Positions 21,505 to 30,589 of a stretch of 41,436 nucleotides of DNA are shown here, piece by piece (the stretch's first letter is position 1; every line of letters begins with the position of its first letter). Source of the stretch: a virus. Position numbers and translations under genes: made by a program. The notes beneath the pieces are model-generated. The model ran no database searches and was not told where the DNA came from. It worked only from the letters and a program-made list of their open reading frames with translations. Location of the stretch: the IMG/VR virus record IMGVR_UViG_3300048894_000085, positions 1 through 41,436 of that record; one strand, written 5' to 3'.

Positions 21505-22845
21505 ATGGCATTACCGACAAATATTTTGCAACAGGTGCAAACGTACCAACGCTCAGCACTTGCATTGCTTGAAAACCTCAATTGTTTTATTTCCACAGCT
21601 AATACAAAGTTTAAAGATTTCGATAAGATAACCGCGAATTTAGGCAGTACAGTGACGTTCGACTTGCCTCCTCGTTTTACAACTGCCGCAGGTTTAGTTG
21701 CAAGTTTCCAACCTGCAGTTCAGCGCGTATTACCACTGACTTGCGATCAAGCAACTAACACATCCTATGCGTTTACTGCTCAAGATCGTATCTTTAACGT
21801 TGAAAAAGACACTGAATCCTATATGGAGCAATTCGGTCGTTCTGCAACAGCTGAAATGGGTGCAAATACTGAAGCGAATTTAGCATTGAATGCAAATTCA
21901 CATGTACCAGTGAATACCGTTGTCAATGGTCAAACTGTTCCAACAGGTGCATTGCATACAGAATCAGGCCCTTATCGTTTCTTCGGAAATGGAACAACGG
22001 CTATCAATTCTTTCCAGCAATTAGCACAGATGATTGCAAATTTCAAAAACTACGGTGCGGTTAAAGAAGGCATTAAAGTTTATCTGCCTGATACCATCGT
22101 TCCCGCTATTGTCGGTTCTGGTTTAAATCAATTTGCACCAGATCGCAATAATGAAATTGCAATGTCTTGGGAAGTCGGAAAGTTTGGGACTCCTCCTGTC
22201 ATGTATTATCAGTCTAACTTATTGCCTATTCATACAGCTGGAACCATTGGTGATACGGCAGCGCCTAATAATGTGATGACAGTGGTTAGCACCAATGATC
22301 CAACAGGTGCAGCAATTACCCAAATTACATTCACAGAACCTACCAGTGGAACTGATGCAAATGCAATTAAATCAGGTGATTTAATTCAATTTAACGATGG
22401 TGTAGCCGGTCAAGCCAATATCCGTTATTTAACTTTCATCGGACATACTATTTCCAATCAACCTGTACAAGTCAGAGCAACTGCTGATGCTGCAACTGTT
22501 GCAGGTACTGTTGTTATTAATATAACACCTACTCTTCAATCAACTGCGGGCGGTAATCAAAATATCAGCCGCAATATCGTAGCTGGTATGACTGCAACAC
22601 CTTTACCTTCCCACAGATGTGGATTGGTCGTGGGTGGCAATGCATTGTACATGGCTATGCCAAGACTACCTGATCAATATCCATTCCCAACTTCTGCTGA
22701 ATACGATTCTGATACTGGTGTGTCTTTGCGTATGACATACGGTTCACTCTTCGGTCAGAACCAAATGGGTATGATTCACGATTGCACATGGGGTTCAGTA
22801 CTTGTACCTGAATATTCCATGCGTATGGCGTTCCCACTGAGTTAA
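21505..22845 (+). CDS. Major capsid protein (P22-coat-like / HK97 fold)
   Basis: 446 aa from MALPTNILQQ (GGAGA SD). Position is after the scaffold and before a strong terminator. Overall layout is like P22 gp5-family coats. Confidence 0.8.
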   Translation: MALPTNILQQVQTYQRSALALLENLNCFISTANTKFKDFDKITANLGSTVTFDLPPRFTTAAGLVASFQPAVQRVLPLTCDQATNTSYAFTAQDRIFNVEKDTESYMEQFGRSATAEMGANTEANLALNANSHVPVNTVVNGQTVPTGALHTESGPYRFFGNGTTAINSFQQLAQMIANFKNYGAVKEGIKVYLPDTIVPAIVGSGLNQFAPDRNNEIAMSWEVGKFGTPPVMYYQSNLLPIHTAGTIGDTAAPNNVMTVVSTNDPTGAAITQITFTEPTSGTDANAIKSGDLIQFNDGVAGQANIRYLTFIGHTISNQPVQVRATADAATVAGTVVINITPTLQSTAGGNQNISRNIVAGMTATPLPSHRCGLVVGGNALYMAMPRLPDQYPFPTSAEYDSDTGVSLRMTYGSLFGQNQMGMIHDCTWGSVLVPEYSMRMAFPLS

Positions 22846-22858
22846 TAGGGCCCCTCAC

Positions 22859-22885
22859 GGCGATTAAGGAGTGACCTTAATCGCC
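22859..22885 (+). terminator. Stem-loop after the coat gene
   Basis: 11-bp perfect stem ggcgattaagg / ccttaatcgcc with loop agtga, followed by 'gcccttatttg'. Confidence 0.6.
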
Positions 22886-22914
22886 GCCCTTATTTGATTA
22901 ACATATTTTAAAGG

Positions 22915-23709
22915 ATGAATACTATGAGCCAGCTAGATCCGATCGTAAATGGAGCTTCACTTTATATTAATGGGCTTATCATTAGCAATAATGGTACAAC
23001 CCCTCACACAAAACTTGATATTGCTGCAGGTCAAGCGCGTGATTCTAATAATTTGGTTGATATGATACTGGGTGATTATCTTAATGAAGGCACTGGAACA
23101 GCGAATGCTGCGACTACACTGAATTTTTCTGTTAAAGGCGCTAATGGTATTGATGTCGGTACAATTGCAGCAACTACTTGGTACTACATTTTTATCATTG
23201 CAGATTCCAGCAATAAAAATGCAACTGCAACTATTGCATCTTTAAGTGCTACAGCTCCTACACTTCCTTTTGGATATGATTCCATTAGATGTATTGGATC
23301 TGTAAAAACAGATGGATCTGCATTCCTTTTGAAGTTCTATGAAACTAATAACAATAGCACCAATCGCTTTTTCGAGTGGGATGCACCGATTGCTGTTACT
23401 GTGACAGATTCTGGTACTTCAGCTACTTATTCTGCGATGGATTTTTCAACCGGTGTTCCTGTCAGTAATTATGGAAAAGTAACTGTTTATTATATATGGG
23501 ATCCAAATGCAGCGGGTGATATCTTAGATTTCACGCCAGCTGGTGCAACTGGTGATTATCTTGTCAATACCGCAATCACTACAGCAATTCAAGATGGCAC
23601 ATTCTCGATTAAACCATTAACTGTTTCTTCAGTTCCTAAAGTGAGCTACAAAATTAGTGCAGGCACTTTAACTGGTGTGAAAGTGATGGGCTATGACATG
23701 AATTTGTAA
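22915..23709 (+). CDS. Virion-associated protein, 264 aa
   Basis: ORF in the structural block. T/S/A/G-rich, beta-type composition. The start may be ATG 22924. Confidence 0.55.
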   Translation: MNTMSQLDPIVNGASLYINGLIISNNGTTPHTKLDIAAGQARDSNNLVDMILGDYLNEGTGTANAATTLNFSVKGANGIDVGTIAATTWYYIFIIADSSNKNATATIASLSATAPTLPFGYDSIRCIGSVKTDGSAFLLKFYETNNNSTNRFFEWDAPIAVTVTDSGTSATYSAMDFSTGVPVSNYGKVTVYYIWDPNAAGDILDFTPAGATGDYLVNTAITTAIQDGTFSIKPLTVSSVPKVSYKISAGTLTGVKVMGYDMNL

Positions 23710-23731
23710 GGTGATGTAAGGATGACTCACT

Positions 23732-24436
23732 ATGGCTTACACGGTAACAGAGTTAATTACGCGTGCTTACTACTTATCACAAGTAGTAAGCCGTGAATTA
23801 GAGCAGGTCAGTGGCCAGCAACTTGAAGATGGCCTCGTATTCCTAAATGCTCTGTTATCGTTAAAGTCTGCTAATACACGTGTTATTCCTTATTACAATG
23901 AATTCGATTTTAATGCAGTCGTAGGACAAGAACAATATTTTGTTCCTAATCTAGTCAATGCTGAAACTCTCACGTTTAATATTGGCCCGGTTCGTTATTC
24001 AACCATGGCTCAATCTAGAAAACCGTATTTTGGTTCTGGCCGCGTTGATAATATTCAATCACTTCCTTTTAATTGGCATTCGGAACGTACTTTAAATGGA
24101 TCGAATATTTTTCTCTATTTTGTACCTAATACGAATTATCCTATAAAAATTTGGGGTAAATTTGGTTTTGCAAATGTCGCACTTAATCAAGATTTAGAAT
24201 TAATTTATGATGAATATTATATTGATTATTTACGTTATCGCTTAGCTCAACGTATATGTTCTGAATATGGTATTCCGATGCAAGCTCAAACAATGAATGA
24301 GCTTGAAGAGCTTGAATCAGCAGTGACAGATGTAAGTCCTCCTGATCTAACTATTGGTAAAGTATCATCCCTTGGTAACAATACTGCACTCACATGGGCT
24401 GACGTCAATCTTGGGAAAGGTTGGAGACCTCTATAA
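23732..24436 (+). CDS. Head-to-tail adaptor (P22 gp4-like; assigned by position and N-terminal pattern)
   Basis: 'ELITRAYYLSQVV...QLEDGLVFLNALLS' resembles the N-terminal helix pattern of gp4-type adaptors. It lies immediately upstream of the gp10-like gene. Confidence 0.5.
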   Translation: MAYTVTELITRAYYLSQVVSRELEQVSGQQLEDGLVFLNALLSLKSANTRVIPYYNEFDFNAVVGQEQYFVPNLVNAETLTFNIGPVRYSTMAQSRKPYFGSGRVDNIQSLPFNWHSERTLNGSNIFLYFVPNTNYPIKIWGKFGFANVALNQDLELIYDEYYIDYLRYRLAQRICSEYGIPMQAQTMNELEELESAVTDVSPPDLTIGKVSSLGNNTALTWADVNLGKGWRPL

Positions 24437-25977
24437 TGAAAGGTCGCTCTCCTGCATTTACTCAGTATCCGCTTGATATTGTAGGTTCTACGAAATTCGG
24501 TCGTTATCCAAAAATCAGTATTGAAGAAACGTATAATATGATTATTTCTGATAATTTTCTTGTGCCCTATGCAGGACATAAGAAAGTCGCGGAAATTATT
24601 GAAGATGGTCAAGGTCGTGCTATATATTCGAGCACTCGATTTAAGCATATGATCATTGTTATTGATAATATCGTATATTCTGTTTCAAACAATATTTCAG
24701 TCACACCAGTTGGAACGATTGCAACATTCATCGGTGATGTCTTTATTGATGAAAATAATGTCAATCAAATAGCGATTTGCGATCTTCAGAATATCTATAT
24801 TTATAACTGGGTCACGTCTGTATTTACTACAGCGACTATTGATTTTATTCCGGGTTATATTTCATTTCAAAATGGAAGATTTATTGCTGCATCGACTGGA
24901 ACAAATCAATGGAGGTTAAGCAAAGATGGTGATGGTCTTACTTGGCCTAATGATTCTCAGCATGTGGGCTTGTTACAAACAAAACCTGACACCGTTGTCG
25001 GTGCTCAGCGATTTCCCGGTCGAGGCAATTTGTTATTTGTTTTTGGGAATACTGTTATTGAGCCTTGGCAGGATATAGGAGCAACCTTATTTCCCTATCT
25101 CAGAAATAATAATTTAAATATTGATTATGGTTGTCTTAATCCTGCAACAATTGCATTTAATGAAACTCTTATTGTCTGGCTTGCTGCAAATGAAAAATCA
25201 GGCCCTGCTATCATGTATACAACTGGAGGAGACGCTACTAAAATTTCTACAGATGGTATTGATTTTAGATTAGCGCAATTAAAAAATCCTTCTAATTCAT
25301 ATGGGTTTTTATTCAGGCAAGACGGTCATATACTTTATCAAATTACATTTCCTGATGATAATGTAACCTATGTTTATGATTTTAATAGTAAGCTATTTTT
25401 TACATTGAGTGATGAATTTCTTAATTCTCATATCGCAAAACGAGTCGCATTTTTTAATGATAGTTATTATTTCGTCAGTTTTAATGACGGTAACTTATAT
25501 GAATTGAATACAAAATATACAAATTATGATGGTGTTGAAATACCCAGAATTAGAATCTGTAGACCCATGCGTTTAACAGATGCATCTCGGTTTTCAGTGA
25601 ATAATCTCACTTTTACAATTGAGCAAGGGAATGGCCCCACCGTTCCTGATCCGGGTGGATTAGTCGAAACGACTGATTTTGATTTTATATCAGAAGCCGG
25701 AGATGATTTTATAACTGAGGCAGGTGATCAATTAGAGGGGACTGAATCTGATAAATTTGTTTTCACAATTCCTGCAACTGTCGCTTTGTCTATTTCTAAA
25801 AACGGCGGAGAGAGTTTTGGTTCGACTTGGACAAAGATATTAAATCAGGAAGGAATAAGAAAGAATCGTTTAAATTATTGGAATTTAGGTGCCGCTAATG
25901 ATTTTACAGCCCAGTTTCGATTCTGGGGATTAGGTCGGTTTGTCATAACAAATGGTGTTGTGAGTTTATTCCAATGA
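24436..25977 (+). CDS. P22 gp10-like tail hub ('DNA stabilisation') protein
   Basis: 'WRLSKDGDGLTW...KPDTVVGAQRFPGRGNLLFVFGNTVIEPWQDIGA' parallels P22 gp10 'WSKDGTDSWF...QPDGIIGIGTWRDFIVCFGSSTIEYFSLTGA'. TAATG-coupled start MKGRSPAF. Confidence 0.6.
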   Translation: MKGRSPAFTQYPLDIVGSTKFGRYPKISIEETYNMIISDNFLVPYAGHKKVAEIIEDGQGRAIYSSTRFKHMIIVIDNIVYSVSNNISVTPVGTIATFIGDVFIDENNVNQIAICDLQNIYIYNWVTSVFTTATIDFIPGYISFQNGRFIAASTGTNQWRLSKDGDGLTWPNDSQHVGLLQTKPDTVVGAQRFPGRGNLLFVFGNTVIEPWQDIGATLFPYLRNNNLNIDYGCLNPATIAFNETLIVWLAANEKSGPAIMYTTGGDATKISTDGIDFRLAQLKNPSNSYGFLFRQDGHILYQITFPDDNVTYVYDFNSKLFFTLSDEFLNSHIAKRVAFFNDSYYFVSFNDGNLYELNTKYTNYDGVEIPRIRICRPMRLTDASRFSVNNLTFTIEQGNGPTVPDPGGLVETTDFDFISEAGDDFITEAGDQLEGTESDKFVFTIPATVALSISKNGGESFGSTWTKILNQEGIRKNRLNYWNLGAANDFTAQFRFWGLGRFVITNGVVSLFQ

Positions 25978-26273
25978 AAATACCTAATTTTTCATTCGGT
26001 GCATTAACAGATCGCAATGGGATAGCAACTGATGATAGTTATTATTTTTTTCAGCAGTTGACGAGTGAGCTACAAAAAAATGCAGGTAATGAAGGATTAG
26101 TGGTACCGACTTTATCATCTGAAAATACATCTGTCACACCGCCTGCAGCAGGTGGTCAGATAACACAGATTCAGGCAGATGCAGAAAATGGCACGTTGAT
26201 TTATGATTCCTTTACTAACAAATTAAAGGTAAGATTAAATGATGGAACCTTCCACGTTATAGTAACGTTGTAG
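25974..26273 (+). CDS. Virion protein, 99 aa
   Basis: ATGA-coupled ORF in the tail block. Confidence 0.5.
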   Translation: MKIPNFSFGALTDRNGIATDDSYYFFQQLTSELQKNAGNEGLVVPTLSSENTSVTPPAAGGQITQIQADAENGTLIYDSFTNKLKVRLNDGTFHVIVTL

Positions 26274-26301
26274 GCTCTAAATAGTTTACAAGGATGTGAC
26301 T

Positions 26302-27159
26302 ATGGATAGTTTAACTAAGTTTGGTATTGGATCAGCACTGGGTGGAATAGGAGCTGGTGCAGGTGGCATGTTAATGGGTGGTGGTAATAACCCTTATGAT
26401 GCTGCTAAAGGTTCGTTCGCCCAAATTCCGGGTCAGATTTCTCCTTATTTTAATCCTTACATTAATGCTGGTCAAAGTGCATTGCCTCAATTGCAAGGTC
26501 AATTCAGTGGCATGATGGGGAACTATCCCGGACTCCAAAATCAATTTAATACCATGCAAGGTCAATATCCGGCTCTGCAAAATCAATATAATGCTATGCA
26601 AGGTCAATACGGTGGCGTTCAAAATCAATATAATGATTTAATGAATAATCCTGCAGCTAAATACAATTCAATAGCTGGCGGATATCAAAGTTCTCCGGGT
26701 TACAATTGGAATTTAAGCCAAGGCATGAATGCCGCTGATAATGCAGCTGCAGCGGGTGGAATGCAGGGATCACCTCAGCATCAGCAACAAGCAGCGACGA
26801 TGGCATCCGGTCTTGCAAGTCAAGATTTTCAGAATTATCTTAATCATGCAATGGGTCTATATAATACTGGATTACAAGGCAATCAGAATATGTTTTCAAC
26901 TGGATTGCAAGGTAATCAGAATATATTCTCAACAGGTTTGCAAGGTAATCAAGGATTATTGAATACTGGATTGAGCGGCATGCAAGGCATTAATAATCAA
27001 GGGTATCAAGCTTCAGATACGTTGGCTGGTTCTTTAGCTAATAATTTAATGAATCAAGGCAATTTAGCCTTTTCAGGTGCTGCGTCTCAGAATCAAAATA
27101 AAGGCACGCAGATGGGTGATATTATGGGCGGCCTAGGCACATTGGCTATGTTTCTCTAA
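26302..27159 (+). CDS. G/Q/N-rich internal virion (ejection-type) protein with tandem repeats
   Basis: Gly-rich N-terminus. 14-aa repeats 'MQGQYPALQNQYNA', and four 11-aa repeats 'TGLQGNQNMFS' (33-bp period, 26866-26997). Confidence 0.6.
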   Translation: MDSLTKFGIGSALGGIGAGAGGMLMGGGNNPYDAAKGSFAQIPGQISPYFNPYINAGQSALPQLQGQFSGMMGNYPGLQNQFNTMQGQYPALQNQYNAMQGQYGGVQNQYNDLMNNPAAKYNSIAGGYQSSPGYNWNLSQGMNAADNAAAAGGMQGSPQHQQQAATMASGLASQDFQNYLNHAMGLYNTGLQGNQNMFSTGLQGNQNIFSTGLQGNQGLLNTGLSGMQGINNQGYQASDTLAGSLANNLMNQGNLAFSGAASQNQNKGTQMGDIMGGLGTLAMFL

Positions 27160-27171
27160 AGGAATAGAGAT

Positions 27172-28494
27172 ATGGAATTACCAGTAGAAAATTTTCCAAT
27201 TTTAACACCCGGTCAGATGAATCCATTTCATCAAGCATTGCAATCCGGTTTGGAAAATTATCAAAATAATATGAAAACAGCATACACTCCTTATGCGCTA
27301 CAAGCTGATATTGCATCAAAGCAAGCTTATGCTCAGAATTTACAACGTCAGATTGCAGCCCAAGCATTAAGCAGTCCAGCTGCTGCAAGCATGTCGAATG
27401 ATCAAATTACTAATCTTTTAAATATGGTACAAGGTCAGGGAAATCAAAGTCAGACTGTAGGTTTACCCGGTCAATCAAATGGCCCCGGTGGAGGATTAAT
27501 TGATTGGTTAAAATCATTACGAGGAGGAAGTCAGACTGCAAATCAAGCTGCAGCTCCAATGGCATCTCAATCACCTGCTAATAATAATCCTGCGCCCATG
27601 CAACAAACTGGATCTACGGGAAGTGGTGTTAATAGTGGTTATTCTTATAATCCTGATGGAACCAATACAGTTGCATCACCTGCAGAACAAAAAGCTGTGG
27701 CAGATAAAGATACTGGTTTTGAAACAGACGATAATTCTACAAATAATGCTGCAAATAATACTAATCAAACTCCTCCTATGTCACCTCAACAAGTTGCAAA
27801 TAATGTAAGACTTCGCTCACAGATGCAACAAACTGGCAATGTTATGACAGGAGGTGGTAAAGGTGTAGGACAAGGTACAGTTTATCCAGATCCTGTGACT
27901 GGTGAAATGTATTCATCTTTAGAATCAAAAAATGTCGCTCCTACACAAGCTTCTATTTTAGCGACTCAACGTGTTGCACCTTATCTTGGTAACTTAGCAG
28001 AAAATTATGAAAAATCATTTGGTATGGTACATGCTATTCAAGCAGGTTTAGAAGCAGCAGGTAGTTTTGTGATGCCCGGTCATATGGATACTCCTCATTT
28101 GAGTGCTTATCAACAAACAACTGCAGATCGAAAAGCAGCTTCAGAAGCATTGATTCGTGATTTTGCTTTAAATGCCACTGGTGGAAATCGAGAAGCTTTA
28201 GAAGATATGTTACAGAATGCACCCGGTGAATCGCCTGATTCATATACAGCACGTTTAAAATGGATTTATAATTCGTTTAAAACTCGTGATAAAGCTGGTC
28301 GGGATGCGCTTTTACATGGTATTAAATTAACTCCTTCAGCAGTATCAACCCCGGCAGGCCGTAATATATTAGCAGCAACAACTAATAAGACAGTTAAACC
28401 AACTGCAGATTCACCAACTGTAAGAAATATTGGTGGAACAACATTCCATAAACTCAAAGATGGTAAATGGTATCCCTATCTAGGAGACCAATAA
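27172..28494 (+). CDS. Internal virion / ejection protein, 440 aa
   Basis: Q/N/S/P-rich low-complexity centre. Lies in the position of podovirus ejection proteins. Confidence 0.55.
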   Translation: MELPVENFPILTPGQMNPFHQALQSGLENYQNNMKTAYTPYALQADIASKQAYAQNLQRQIAAQALSSPAAASMSNDQITNLLNMVQGQGNQSQTVGLPGQSNGPGGGLIDWLKSLRGGSQTANQAAAPMASQSPANNNPAPMQQTGSTGSGVNSGYSYNPDGTNTVASPAEQKAVADKDTGFETDDNSTNNAANNTNQTPPMSPQQVANNVRLRSQMQQTGNVMTGGGKGVGQGTVYPDPVTGEMYSSLESKNVAPTQASILATQRVAPYLGNLAENYEKSFGMVHAIQAGLEAAGSFVMPGHMDTPHLSAYQQTTADRKAASEALIRDFALNATGGNREALEDMLQNAPGESPDSYTARLKWIYNSFKTRDKAGRDALLHGIKLTPSAVSTPAGRNILAATTNKTVKPTADSPTVRNIGGTTFHKLKDGKWYPYLGDQ

Positions 28495-28495
28495 G

Positions 28496-30589
28496 ATGAC
28501 GCAGTATGGATCAGCTGTCACTAATCCAAGTTTGCTTGCTGAATTAGAGGGAAATCCTCAGCAAGCAGCGCCTCAAGGATCTAGTTCACCTAATTATGGT
28601 GATGCAGTATCTGATCCACATTTATTAATGCAATTGAATAATCAAGGCGCACCCCATCCTAATGATCGATTAAATTCTTTATGGGATAAATTAAATGAGC
28701 AAATGCAACCGCAAAAGCAAGAAAATACTGTTACTAATGATTTAAGAAAGATAGCCGGTTATGGCACGATGTTAGCTGCACCGGAGATTAAAATAGCTTC
28801 CATGTTGCCATCCGGTATTAGATCTCTATTGCCAGAAGTTTCGGGTGGGTTAAAAATTGGAAGAGATCTATTAAGTTCAGTAGGTAAAACTGCTGCAGCA
28901 GGTTTTACAGGTACGAAAATTTTACCTGATACAACAAATAAGCAAGCTGAAGAAAATGCAGCTTTAGGAGGCGGTCTTGCAGCTTTGACAACTCCTCTTA
29001 TGATGGCCATGGGTTCTACTAATCCATTTATACGTTATCTCACAGGTGGTGCATTAGGTGCATTGGGTGGATATGGTGCATCACAACTCACTGGTCATCC
29101 TGCAATTACATCCGCAATAGGTGCAGGAACAGGTGCATTATTAGGAGGTCGATCTGTTGCACCTGCTGAAATGGCAGCACGTAATGCACAAGAAGCCATG
29201 ATCCCTGCCAATACTGCAAATGCCGCACAACGCATTCCTGCAGCTAATGCTGAAGGTATTCCATTAAACATGGCAGAAGCTACAGGAAGTCCTATTCACG
29301 CTCAGATGATGAATAATGCCGCTATGAGCGATAGTGGAAGCAAGGTTATCTATCCATGGGCTTTAGCTCGTCAGCAAGCTGAAGAAAAAGCTATTGCTGA
29401 TACTTCGACTAAAATATCGCCTAATTATCCCAGCACGGGAAATGGTGCTTTGCCTTTTAGTTCAGCTCAAACAATGGAACCAGCGGCTTATCAATATGCA
29501 TTTGATAAAGCGCGTCAAGCGAATACGAAAGTCGATGTGAAACCTGTTCTAGATTATATTGATAGAGCGCTTCCTAATTATGAGGAAGGTAGTAAAATTG
29601 CTTTAGCTTTAAGAACTGCTAAATCAGCTTTATCATTAACACCTAAAACAGCTCTTCAATATCAAGCAGCGCTTCAGCCAGCTCGTGATGCTCAATTAAA
29701 AATTCAAAATAATATGAATAAGATTAATTCTGAGATTTCAGATATGCAAGCAAATAGACCTAAAGCCTATTTTGTAAGAGATCAGACGGGATATGATGCA
29801 AAACTTCAAGATTTAAAAACGGATTTAAAAACTCATCAAGGTATGATGGATCAATTAGGATCAGCTACTCAGAATTTTATTAAGAGCAATAAAATCAGTA
29901 ATTATGAAAATACTGTTGAAGGACTTCATAATGCTAAAAAAGGGATTCAGGGTATTATTGAATCTCAAGGTGATACGGCTGTAGGTAATACTGCAGCAGG
30001 TGAATTAAAACAAGTCAATAAACGATTGAATGCTCAACTAACTTCAGCAAGTCCTGAATATGCATCTGCCAATAATATTTCTAATATGCGTCAAGCACGA
30101 GAAGAAATTGATAAGACAATGGCAAAAACTGATCTTACTGGAAAAGATTTTTACAATCGTGTATTAAAAAATCCACAAGAATATAAAATGCTTTATGATA
30201 GATTAGCTAATCCAACTAATCCAAAAGTCGCAACACAAGCTCAAACAGCTTTATCTAACTTAAGAACCGCTATGCCTGATCTCATGGATAATCTAGCCAT
30301 GGTATCAGGTAAAGCACTTGCCAAAGAGCATCCAAATAGTAATTTTAAATTATTGGATTTAGCTAAAACTTTTGCTAATAAAGTTTTCATGAATAGGTAT
30401 AATAAAGCTGTCGCTGAGCTTATGACTAATCCTCGTTGGCAAGATGAGTTAGCTAAAGTTACGAAGATGAAAGAAGGTGAAGATCGCGGAATAAGCCTAG
30501 GAAGGCTGATTTCTAAAGTGAATGTTGCAGGAAATGCAGCTTACGGTAATCAACAGGGAAGTGATCAATATGGCGGCCAGTCTAGATAG
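28496..30589 (+). CDS. Large internal virion / ejection protein, 697 aa
   Basis: Gly/Ala-rich hydrophobic segment (aa ~150-215) followed by a long helical region. Assigned by position. Confidence 0.6.
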   Translation: MTQYGSAVTNPSLLAELEGNPQQAAPQGSSSPNYGDAVSDPHLLMQLNNQGAPHPNDRLNSLWDKLNEQMQPQKQENTVTNDLRKIAGYGTMLAAPEIKIASMLPSGIRSLLPEVSGGLKIGRDLLSSVGKTAAAGFTGTKILPDTTNKQAEENAALGGGLAALTTPLMMAMGSTNPFIRYLTGGALGALGGYGASQLTGHPAITSAIGAGTGALLGGRSVAPAEMAARNAQEAMIPANTANAAQRIPAANAEGIPLNMAEATGSPIHAQMMNNAAMSDSGSKVIYPWALARQQAEEKAIADTSTKISPNYPSTGNGALPFSSAQTMEPAAYQYAFDKARQANTKVDVKPVLDYIDRALPNYEEGSKIALALRTAKSALSLTPKTALQYQAALQPARDAQLKIQNNMNKINSEISDMQANRPKAYFVRDQTGYDAKLQDLKTDLKTHQGMMDQLGSATQNFIKSNKISNYENTVEGLHNAKKGIQGIIESQGDTAVGNTAAGELKQVNKRLNAQLTSASPEYASANNISNMRQAREEIDKTMAKTDLTGKDFYNRVLKNPQEYKMLYDRLANPTNPKVATQAQTALSNLRTAMPDLMDNLAMVSGKALAKEHPNSNFKLLDLAKTFANKVFMNRYNKAVAELMTNPRWQDELAKVTKMKEGEDRGISLGRLISKVNVAGNAAYGNQQGSDQYGGQSR

